Assembly: GCA_030324005.1 (NCBI GenBank) | Contig: JARDVH010000157.1 | Coordinates: 19,372,903-19,436,902 of the forward strand | Direction: 5' to 3' | Length of the DNA: 64,000 nt | From: Negaprion brevirostris | Lineage: Eukaryota | The notes under the pieces: generated by a model | What the model saw: the letters and a program-made list of their open reading frames with translations, nothing else | The model's database searches: none | Told to the model about the DNA's origin: nothing | Shown: positions 27,501-39,500 of the stretch, piece after piece | Numbering within the stretch: the stretch's first letter is position 1 | Layout of the letters: each line of letters starts with the position of its first letter | Position numbers and translations under genes: made by a program

Positions 27501-30500
27501 CATGTGTCATTCGGGGTTGTTACTTTGACTTAGTTTATGTAATCTCTACTTTGGTGAGACTGAACTTGTAGATCTGGTGAATTTGAAACCTATGAAATGC
27601 AGTTCGCTGACTGGGTGCAGCCAGTCTGGATTTTAGAGATGCTGTTCCAGCTATGTAATTGAATATTTTATTGATTTTTGAAACATATTCTGGATTCTGT
27701 AAAGCAGGCAATGTGATTCTGCTTACGTAAACACAAGCTCAGCATCTTGTTGTTATGCCTGCTGATTGAATGCAGGGGTCATGAATCAGATTTCTGTTGA
27801 TTTTTATCTTTAATAGGTAGCAGCAGCAGTGCACTGGGTCTACAGAGCCTCGGACTATCTGGACAGGCACCCAGCTCCTCCTCATTGGATGCAGGAACGC
27901 TGTCTGATACCACAGCCTCAGGTAACTATAATGGCTAAATCTGGTATGGGTCTTTAGAAAGAAAATGTTTGTCTGATTGGGTCTTCATGGTATCAGTTGT
28001 TGTTGGACAGTGTTGACGATTCAGGGTGGCCATTTTAAGCTGGTTCTGTGGTGCTGTGGAGTTGTAGTTACAAATTGTATTGCAAATTAAATAAAATGAA
28101 GTTGTAGTGCAATTCAATACAGTTAAAGATATTGGGTGGAATTTTTTGGCTGCGCTCCCCCTAAAATCAGAAAATCCTGCCTGAGGTCAACAGACCTTTG
28201 CAAGCTCCATTCCCTGCCCACTACAGTTCCTGGGAAGACTCCCCCATTGTGTTAATACTCTTAGTTAGGGATATTGGATGCTAGCTCAGGTAGCTGAGCA
28301 TTGACTCTAACAAGAATTTTTAAGGTAAGCCATGGAGTCTTCACTTTAATTGCTTGTTTCGGCTAGCTCTCAAGTCAAGACAACATTTTCTGTGTCTGTA
28401 TGTGTAAAATGTGAAGTTCTGACAATTTTCAGTTTGGCAGGTGAAGACAATTGTTCCCAATTGATTTGCCTCACTTGAATTAAATTTCATGAATTAGAGC
28501 AATTGATAGGTTGTAGATAACTCCATAGCTCAGATGATTCCCCCCTCCTCCTTGGCTCGAAGGTGATAATGTGGCACTAATAACCTACAGGTGGAGACAG
28601 ATATGGAAAGTGATAAAGAACCAGCCACGGAAAAGTTAAGATTCTGACTTTACTATTTGGACACCTGCTTCATGAGAGGTGTTACATTGAGTAAAATGGG
28701 AACCAAGCATTTAAAATAAACACAGTTGAATAATTATAGCTAGAATTGTTTTGCAAGTTGCAAAGTCATGTATTTTCTTTGGAGCGGGAGTACCCTAAGC
28801 AAAATGATATGAATCTACACACGAGGAAATGTGCCATTTGGCCCATCCTGCCCGTGTTGGTGATTACCACTCCACCATAAGCAAATGTCAGTCTTGCATT
28901 TAGTCACCTTGCTCTTGTTTCCAGTCAACTCTTTAGACTATTTCTCCAGTCTAATCCTAAATGTTACAGCTGCTGCCCACATGAAGATGTTTATCCTGCT
29001 CGCTGTTCAAAATGTCTTGCATAGTGGCTCCTCATTTTTATGAAATCAAATTAAATTTGTATAGGCTCCCTGCTACCTCATGACTTGTATTATACACTTC
29101 TTGTGATAAAGCCTGGAATTTCATTAACTTCTGTTAAGGCTTAATCTGCCTGAAGTGCAACCTTTAATGACCTGTGAACCTCTACCCCTCCTGCAAATTC
29201 CTCTGCTCTTCCACAACATCTAGCCTGCATCTATACCTTTCAGTATAGTCACTTGATGTTAATTATATAGTTACAATCCCCAATAAATGAAACGAGGCAG
29301 TTTTTGAAAACTCATCTGTTTTGATGAGGACTGAGTTTAAATCACCACTATGCTCACTGTGTAAATGGCTTCTATTAGAGAGAGCTGAATGGAAATTAAG
29401 TGCTTAAATGTGCTGAACAGCCAGTCTGTGTGACAATGGGAGAAGTCAGTTTTGCAGACAAATTAAAGAATTTCTTAGTCACCAAGCAAAACTCTCTGTT
29501 CCCAAGTTCCTTTTGTCTTTTTCAGCAGTCATTAATTGTATGTCCAGGTGCTGAAGAATAAAACTTTCTTCTGTCTGTGGGTCTCATGTCTATGTGAGAA
29601 ACTTCTTGTTGTTTGATTAGCTGCTAGAAAGTTCCTGTACCTATAATGTCCTGCTTCTTAATTGTTGCGATATTGAAAAGCTGCTGAAGCCTGTGCCAAG
29701 CCCATGGTCTGCAGCTATGTTTGTCTCAAACGTCTGTGCTTGTGCTCACGGTTTGTAAATATGGTGTTTTTACCTGTAACAGCCGTTGCTATGCTTTTAG
29801 CTCCAGCCTCTGATGATGAAGGGAGCACAGCGGCAACAGATGGATCAACGCTGCGAACATCACCTGCGGAGCATGGTGGCAGTGTGGGGTCAGAGAGTGG
29901 GGGCAGTGCTGTTGACTCAGTTGCTGGAGAACACAGCGGTAAGCATTTGACCTAAATATGCAGTAAGGTGTTAACAGTTTAAAAATAAAATAGATGGAAG
30001 AGAAATTAGTTTAAAACTTTGCATTTTTGTAACTGATCCCTATGCGGTAGCACACACAATCCCTTTTTATCTTTAGAGCCAAGGCATTTAAGTGCATTCT
30101 AGTTGATTCATATTTTAAGAATATCTTGAGGATTGGAATATATTCTTTCACAACAGACCTTCACTTCACTACCTGTGGTTTACATACTCTGCAACCAGAG
30201 TTGCCTCAGCCATCTTACTGCAACTTCTGGTATTGTGTTATTTCAGGGATGACAGTAATGTGGAGACAACAGTATGCCACAATCAGCCTGAACAGGAATA
30301 GGGCCCGAGAAATAAATTAATCACACTTGTTATTACCTCACTGTTCTCAGGAAGAAATTATTGACACAAAATATATAATTGTGCAGTCATCAGTGCATGT
30401 AGCCATAATAACCCATAGTGGCGTATATATAAATACGCATCTATGCAAATGATCGTACGTATGTATAATATAGCGAGATACAGGTTAACATTTTTTAAAA

Positions 30501-33500
30501 ATCTATATAGTGTCTGGACGCAGTAGTGCGTATGGAGATACTACAGTTGAGGGACATCCTACAGGACCAGGCAGTGTCAGTTCCAGCACGGGAGCCATTA
30601 GTACCACAACTGGACAGCAAGAAGGAGAAGGGTCAGAAGGAGAAGGTGAAACAGAAGGTGACCTACATACGAGCAACAGGTGAGAAAATGCATTTTAATC
30701 TCAAAATTGTAAAGTTATTCTTCCAATTCAGGTGCAGTTTAAAACAGGTTAGATTTCCTCGGACCTTAACCAGAAGTTCAATGAAAAATTGTGTAAAGGG
30801 CTGGTGCTTGAGTAATCCCCTTTACTCCTTATCTCACAGGCTGCACATGGTGCGTCTGATGCTACTCGAGAGACTTTTACAGCATCTGCCACAGCTCCGT
30901 CACGTTGGTGGAGTTCGAGCCATCCCCTACATGCAGGTGAAAATTGTTTGTCCCAGCGGACTTTATCTGACTTATTTTACATTTCTAGGGTGATACAAAA
31001 CGTAGTTTTATGTTGGGTAGAAATTGGCATATTAGGTCCATTGGAGAGATAAGTGCTGAATGTATTGTGTTGTCATTTGGAGAAATTGCAGTGACACCAA
31101 GGATCAGAAATGGAAAAATGCTAAGTGCTTCATGTCTAGGGCTTGCTCTGGTTTTTGTTTCCCTTCCGTTACAAAGCCAATTAAAGGATGTGGATGCACT
31201 AAAACTGATGCAATCTGAGCTCGTATCATTGTCATTTTGTAGCATTGAACTCTTTATAATTTTAAACACACTGCATTTTCTTATACAACACTGATTAGTG
31301 ATTGTGTCTTGTACCCCTCATCTGCTTCATTTGGTCTTTGATCCCTTAAACATTAGCAACACACCTAACTTGTAACATAGAATGCAGTCCCGTCACTTAA
31401 GCCAGTTAAAACACTTCAAAATGAAGCATCTCTTAAAATAGAACTAACTAACTGTCTGGTGGAGTAGGTCAGGACTTGATCCTCCTTTTGAGTTTAGGGA
31501 AAGCTTCCAGTTCCAGCACACTTTGACGTCTCAGCTCCTTTTACAAGTATCAAAACATTCTACGGAACAAATGAATAGCCATCATAAAGGAAAATTAACA
31601 AATAACAACCATAAAGGAAATGCAGTTGACAAAAAAATCAGGGACCAGTTTTTGTGCTGTTGATCAGTTTGGAAATGTCTTTAATTTTGCACAGGCTTCA
31701 TGCGTTATTGACATTTTCTATGTACATTTCCTGTCATCCAAAAGGTAATCTTAATGCTGACTGCAGACCTGGATGGAGAAGATGAGAAAGATAAAGGAGC
31801 CTTGGACAACCTTCTGTCTCAACTCATTGCAGAACTGTGCATGGACAAGAAGGTACTGGGCCCTCAGCAGTCAATCTTCATGCGTTTTTCAGCATTTAAA
31901 AGTGAACCTTCTATTGATAAGCAGCTCCTAGGTTTGTGCAGGGCTGTTGTGGTGATCACATGGAGATATTACATAATAATTTGGACCCTTGAGTTCTCCC
32001 TTCTCCGACCCACATTCATGGCCCATCAAGTCTGCACCGACCGCAATCCCACCCAGGCCCTATCCCTAGAACTTGAAGTGACAGAGCAGAGTTTGTGTAG
32101 TATATATCCTAATGATTATTCAGGCTTAGAGGTTCATTGGTATCAATGAATCCCAATATTACAACACTTTGTTATATGTTAGCTATGTTGAGTGCACTAA
32201 TCCATTGAAATTTGCAAACTGCATCAGCTAGTCTCTGAGTAAAAATGCTGCTGTAGTCTATTATACTGAATGTTGTTACACATACATACTTGACACACAG
32301 CAACCCAAGCAGTTATGGGCAGACAAAGGGAATGAGTGCCCAAACAGCACCTTTCTTCACATTGTACGCTGTGGTGGTTATAATTCTGGACAAGCTCAGT
32401 GTTGTAGTTTCACAAAGGCAAGCTGTGGAATTGAATTCAAGACATCTTTAAATTTGTGGACAGGCACCAACAGAATAACCATGAAAGCTACTAGATTGTT
32501 CTAAAAAATCTAGATGGTTTCTGATGCCATTCAAGAAATGGAGGCCAACCTTTTTGTCTGGTCTGGCCCTCACACAACTTCAATCCCACACTACCTGGTT
32601 GACTCTTAATGTCCCCTGAAGTGACACAGCAAATCATCCGCAGTAAACAAGTGCTTTTAAAGTTAAGTGACAAGAAGAAAATGGGGACTATTACCACCTA
32701 GACTGCAGTAATTTAAGAGGAAATCCACCAGCACTGCCTCAGGGCAATTAGTGGCTTCCGGCAATTATAAATTTGCCGGTTTTGCATATATCTTGAGAAC
32801 CAATGGAGTCAAGAAATTCAGAATCTCTCTTACTGAATTGACTGTTTATAATTGTGTTGCTCAGGATGTTTCTAAGAAGAATGACCGCAGCCCACTCAAT
32901 GAAGTGCATTTGGTGATCATGAGGCTTCTCAGTGTTTTTATGTCCCGAACTAAATCAGGATCAAAATCCGCTTCTGAGGTAAGTGACTGATGAACAAACC
33001 TGTGCAAATCATTGCACGATTTCTGTTAGTGAAATAATTTTTAGCTGCTTTACTTATGGGGAGTGTATAAAATCTGTTTGTCCTTAAACAAAATGTAAGG
33101 ACTGTGGGGGGGGGGGGGCGAGAGAGAGACTGAAATCCTCAATCTCCTTTCCCTTCTGACTGTAATCAGCGTAATTTAATTTCTAAGGCTGCTGTGCGTC
33201 CCCAAACTGCTAGTCTGGGGTCAACAGCAGCAAACTTCCATAGATTTAAACAAGGGGTATTTTTTTTTCACACACTGCCCTTGAAAGGTCTATTGCTACG
33301 TCAATCACAAGACATTCTCAGGAAAGACATAATTAGAGACAGTAGTGGACTTCCACAAATACTAAAACCAAAAAGAATAGCTAGCAGTTTGGGTGTCTGA
33401 GAATATAATGAAAGGAGGAGGGAGATCTTCCCACTAGAACTGAAGTTCAGGTAGGTTCAGATAGCTAAGATCAAACCAGAAGGCTTCATTCAAAGTGAAG

Positions 33501-36500
33501 GCTATTCAGCCAATTGCATAGACAGGTCCTAATGGCTATTAACCAGAGGCCCTTTTTTTTTTTTACAGGTGACCTAGGAACTGTTCAAAAACTGGTTGGA
33601 GGAGGCTTCTAAAGAACTTTAAGCCCCTCTGGTCTTTAGAAAGCAAAATGACATGGCCATTCTTCGCCATTGTGGTGCGGTTAATACTGCATTACAGACT
33701 GCCCAGTCTCTTCCTGTTTTGTGGATAAAAAGATTTCAGTGTCAGAGAACAGTTTCATTCATATGATGAATGGCCATTAATACACAATGGAAGACAAATG
33801 ATGATCTTTCATTGTGCTGAAGGATTTTCACATGATCAAAAACCATTGATATACATTAGAAGGTAGATAGTGGTCTTATGCACTTCATTGTTGATAATCA
33901 ATCTCAATAGCTATCCTTTATTACCTGGCAGAGTCAGAGAATCAGTAAGTTTATTTTCCTTGTGTTTTGGAATAAGCCTTGACAGTAGCAGGCATGAAAT
34001 TCCACCGAAGAGTGTTATTTAAATGTGTCCAATCAAGAGAGCCCTCTGCCCATTATAATCAAATTTGGAACTTTCCAGTAAGCTTCCTAGGCTGTTGAAG
34101 TTGCAAAAGTCAGATGATTCTTTGGCAACCACCTTAATAGCTCATTAGGGTCCATTTTAAAAGGAACAGTTTTTTAAAAATGTAACATTTAATGCCTGGA
34201 CTGGTATGACAAAAGGAGCATAGATTTCCTGGAGGTTGCAAAAGTAATTATTATATTCCTTGCAGGCTTCCTCATTAATCTCCAATGCCACGGCCACTGC
34301 TTTGTTAAGTTCAGGAGCCATTGACTATTGCCTCCATGTTCTTAAATCACTGCTGGATTATTGGAAAACACAACAGGGTGAAGAAGAAGCTGTGGTAACA
34401 AGTCAGCTCCTGAAACCACACACTTCTTCATCGCCTCCAGACATGAGCCCATTCTTCCTGCGACAATATGTGAAGGTAAGGCTTTGTAATTAAATAGAAG
34501 GCACTGAAGTCGAGTATCAATAAAAAGACTGACATTATGCTTAGAGTATGGGAAATAAACTATTAGTTATAGATTTGCAACATGTTTGAAAAGCAGGGAA
34601 AATATATATATGTTTACATATTTGAGATAAAAGATAGAGTTTATGTGAATGTGGGGAGGGAAGAATACACATTTTTGCATCAAGTTAAATTTTGCAGCTG
34701 ACAGATATGTTAATTTTTATTGTGTTTGGTCCAATGGCACAAGTATTTAGGATTTTCTTTTTTAAAATCCTTCCTTAATATCTGCTGATTTTCAGGGTCA
34801 TGCTGCAGATGTATTTGAGGCGTACTCACAGCTCTTGACTGAAATGGTGCTGAGATTACCATACCAAATAAAGAAGATTGCTGATGCTAACTCTCGGGTC
34901 CCACCGCCTATCTTTGACCATTCTTGGTTCTATTTCCTGTCGGAAGTGAGTGCCTGATTCAGTGTTGCACTGCAACAGCAGCAGTTTGTGTTAGCATGTA
35001 TGTTTGTGCAGTTGCTGTGTTCCTTTAACAGTGAAAACTTGCTCTTGTTCCAGTACCTAATGATTCAGCAGACTCCCTTTGTTCGTCGTCAAGTTCGCAA
35101 GCTCTTGCTATTCATTTGCGGATCAAAGGAGAAGTACCGTCAGCTGCGAGATCTTCACACACTTGATTCACATGTCCGAGGAATTAAAAAACTGCTGGAG
35201 GAGCAGGGAATCCATTTGCGTGGTGGTGTGGTCACAGCTTCATCAGGATCTGCTCTGCAGTACGACACACTCATTAGCTTGGTAAGTTGATGCTTACTGC
35301 ACATAATCAGGGTTCTGAAATTTCTGCCTCACAGCAGACCACTAAGTCCTCAAAATTAGTCTGCTACTGTAAAAGTGTTTGTATTATTGAATAATAATTC
35401 AATATTATTTACAATATTGAATTAAGGGGTCTTTTTAGGTTTTTGTCTTGAACTTGCATTNNNNNNNNNNNNNNNNNNNNNNNNNNNNNNNNNNNNNNNN
35501 NNNNNNNNNNNNNNNNNNNNNNNNNNNNNNNNNTTTACCAGTGCATGTTTGTTACTCTTTGCTTTATTCAAAGTGATTAAATGTTAGTTGATCTCTTTGC
35601 CTCTTTCAGATGGAGCATCTAAAGGCCTGTGCCGAGATTGCCAGCCAACGGACAGTAAACTGGCAGAAATTCTGCCTCAAGGATGATTGTAAGTGTAACG
35701 TTCGCTAATTTCTCCAAGTTGCAAAGTTGGTGTGCGTACAAACAATTCATTGAACCTCAGTCTTAGACTCGCCTCTGTGTTCTGCTACAGTTTCAAGATC
35801 GACTAACTTTTTTTTTAAAAAAAGCAGCATTTTTCTTCTCATATATCCCAGATTCAAAGAAAACACACATCTGGACTTGGCTGACCTGTCACACACCTTC
35901 AAGCTAATGTAAAGACTGTGGGATCACTGCATCCCGATTATAATTGAATGGTACAAGACATGGACTGTGCACCAAATCTGTGCCAGTCTTTGCCATATAA
36001 GCCATCTTGTTTAATTCATATATCTCATGACCTTCAGTACTTTTTCAGGCAACTAATTTTCTTCTAAAACAATATATTAACTCTGCTGCTACAAAGATTT
36101 ATGCACAAAACCCCATTTAAAGCACCCACAATTTAACAAATGAATTTTAAATGAATTACAACATTCTCTCCACTAAGTGCATATTGACTGCCTCTTAGAA
36201 AACAACTACAAAACATTCTCATCATTTCAGCAGAAGAAATTTTTTGAACTTTGGTTGGATTAAGGTTTGTATTTATGCTGTAAGTAAATCAAGTAAACTT
36301 TTTATCTATGTTTGCCTCTTTCCTTCTTCTCCTCCTCCCCTCCAGCTGTTTTATATTTCCTGCTGCAGATTAGTTTTCTTGTGGATGAAGGAGTCTCCCC
36401 GGTTCTCCTCCAGTTGCTTTCATGTGCACTCTGTGGCAGTAAAGTGCTTTCGACAACATCGTCCAGCAGTACAGGGGGCACTGGGACAACTGCAACCTCC

Positions 36501-39500
36501 TCCAGCTCAGGGCAGACTGGGTCTCAGTCCAAATCCTCCAGCAAAAAGAGCAAGAAAGAGGAGCGAGAGAAGGAGAAAGATGGTATGCTAAAAGAACATT
36601 GTTAGAGTACAAACCATTGTTGGGAGAATTTTACTCTTATATGGACATTCGCATATACAATTAATTTTATAGTAAAATAAAAATATTGTTTAAAATAACT
36701 GTTAAAACAAATAAAAATGGAATTTAGATATTAGGTCAGAGAAAAAATCTACAGACTTGAACCTCAACCAGTAGTTGGGTTACTTATGGCTGCAGGTAAT
36801 GCCATGCATGAATTCTAGATTTTCCTTCAATGTCACTGATTTTAGAGTTCCTTTTAAAGAATGTGATAGTAAACAGTTAATATTTACATTTTTCCCCCGT
36901 GACAATCTGTTAAATAAAAATGTGACTGGGCAGTGGGTAAATTTGCTATCCTTTCAGTTTCTGAACCTGGGGTCAAAGCCAAATTCAAACTGTAGGGGGT
37001 CTGGACTGTTTTCTGCTGACAATGCTGCATGAAATTCTGAAGTCTGGTGTGCTCGATTTGTTTTGTAGTTATTACAGATCCACAAAACAATGGTCGCCAT
37101 GATTTAACAAAATTGGCAGCCATGCTGTAAAACGACAGGTTGACTGGTATAGGAAATGGAAACATTTACACTGGAAAACAATCAAGGTTCTTCCCAAGGC
37201 TAAGAACTTTGTTGAAAGAGACACATGCTATCCTCATGACAATGCTGCAATTGACCTGGGAATGCTTGATGGAACAGAGCTTTACTCTACATCTAACCTC
37301 TTTTGTAACCACCCTATGGTGTGGTTTATGGGACAGTGTTGCAAGTGCTTTACTCTATTTCTAACCCATGTTGAATCTATCTAGAAATGTTGCCATTTCT
37401 GAAGTACCCTGACTTGTCACCCTGTAAAGTATCCTAGCAAGATACAAAACTACATAAAATATTCCTACTGTACTAATGGGAGTAAACAAAATCAGACTAA
37501 ATCAACAACTGCGGCAGCATCTCAAGCCAAGATGCGGATATATCATTACTCTTTCTTGTCCTTTGGTCAAAACCTTGGAATGCCTTGTATTTTGGGTAGA
37601 TGTACATGATAGAATCAGCACCACCACAAGGAAGGAAGTGCATTGACTCAGCCCACCTAGGGGTGGGCCATTTATGTGCCCTTGTCAGTGATCTGAAAGC
37701 AAAACTCAAGTTCCTATCGTTCTGAACAGTAGAAATGCCATGCTCTCTCATGCCAGCTGATAACGTTTTCTCTATTGTTTTTGACAGAGAATACAAGCAG
37801 TCAGGAAGATCAACTCTGCACAGCTTTGGTCAATCAGTTGAATAAATTTGCTGACAAAGAAACTTTGATTCAGTTTTTGCGATGTTTCCTATTGGAATCG
37901 AACTCCTCGTCTGTGCGTTGGCAGGCTCACTGCCTTACTCTACACATCTATAGGTAAGTCAAGGGTCCATTTCATTTTTAAGAGGATAAACACCAACATG
38001 CACCGCTTAGGGCTAATGGCCTGTTAATGTCGTAATCTTAATGCAATCTGAACAGTTTAAGCAATGCATGGCTGAACTTAGAGCCCTGTGTAGGAAGGTA
38101 CAATAACAGCAGCTGAGAGAGGTCAATTGTGGAGGTGTTTCTGGGTTTATAGCCAACTAGACACAGTTCAATTTCAGTGTGACAAAGTTGTAGCAGTATT
38201 TTGAGACAGAACTCCAGTTATCTTCCACGGAAGGCTTGAAAAAGATATATGTATGGCAATTAACAACAAATACTAGGAGGTTTTCGAACATCACTATGTT
38301 GGATATCGCAGTGGCATAAATGGGAACAGAAAATTGCAAATGAACATTAACTGAGTGAGCAAAATTGGAAGATGGAACTCAATGTTGGGGCAATTTTTTA
38401 TATCGCTACTGACAATGCCAGCATTTGTTACCTATCCCTAATTGCCCTTGAGAATACAGTGGTGAACCAAAATCATTTGCAGTCCATCTGGTATGGTAAT
38501 CACACGATGTTTTAGAGAAGGAGTTCCAGGATTTTAACCCAATAACAATGAAAGAATATTGGAATATTGAAATATTTCCAAGTCAGGCTTGTGAGTGGCT
38601 TGGAGGGGAATTTTCAGGTGGTGATGATGTTCCTCTGCCTTTCCTGTCCTTGTCCTTCTAGGCTGCAGATGTAAAAGCTGTTGTTGAAGAACGCTTGGTG
38701 AGTTGCTGCAGTGCATCTCGTATATAGTGCACATATCTACCCATGTGCGTCAGTGAATGAATGTTCATTCTTTGGAAGTGTTGTTGGATGTGCTGCTGAT
38801 CCAGCCTTCAACAACCTCAATCATTTTCCTTTGTGATAGATATGACTACAACCAGTGTTGTTTTCTCCCCTTGATGTCAAGAGCAGTTACCCTTGTCTTT
38901 ATCCTGGACGTGTTCAGCCTCTTGAATGTTGATGGAGCAGCACTCTCAAGGCAAGTGGAGAGTAATCCATCACGTTCTTGACTTGTGCCTTGTAGATGGT
39001 GGGCAAGCTTTGAGAATCAGGAGATAAATTATTTGCAAATGAAGTCCCAATCTCTGACCTGCTTTTGTAGTTGCAATGTTTATACGGCTGATCTAGTTCA
39101 GTTCATGGTCAATGATAACGCCTCTGCACCCCACCTCAGGGTGCTAATGGTGGGTGATCCAGTAATGGCATTGGCACTGAATGTCAAAGAGCAATGGTTA
39201 GATTCTTTCTTGCTGGAGATGATCATTGCCTGGCACTTGTTTTGCATGAATGCTGCTTGTCATTTGTCAGCTCATGTCTGAATGTTGCCCAGGCCTTGCT
39301 GCATATGGACATGGACTACTTCAATATCTGAAGAGTTATGAGCAGTTCTGAACATTGCGCAAATATCAGTTGCCTCATAATGGAGTGAAGATTCATTGAT
39401 GAAGCAACTGAAGATGGTTAGGCCTGGAACACTACCTTGAGGAACACCTGTACTTCCCACAGTCCTGGGGCTGAAATGATTGGCCTCCAATAACCACAAT

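Noticed and set aside
29783-29800. Alternative upstream acceptor adding 6 aa to exon w18
   Set aside because: That AG directly follows the likely branch point (gtaac), and the homologous protein fits the 29801 start.
33550-33950. Poly-T acceptor at 33568 and gtaagt at 33945 as an extra exon
   Set aside because: Immediate stop, implausible length and frame, and no supporting homology.
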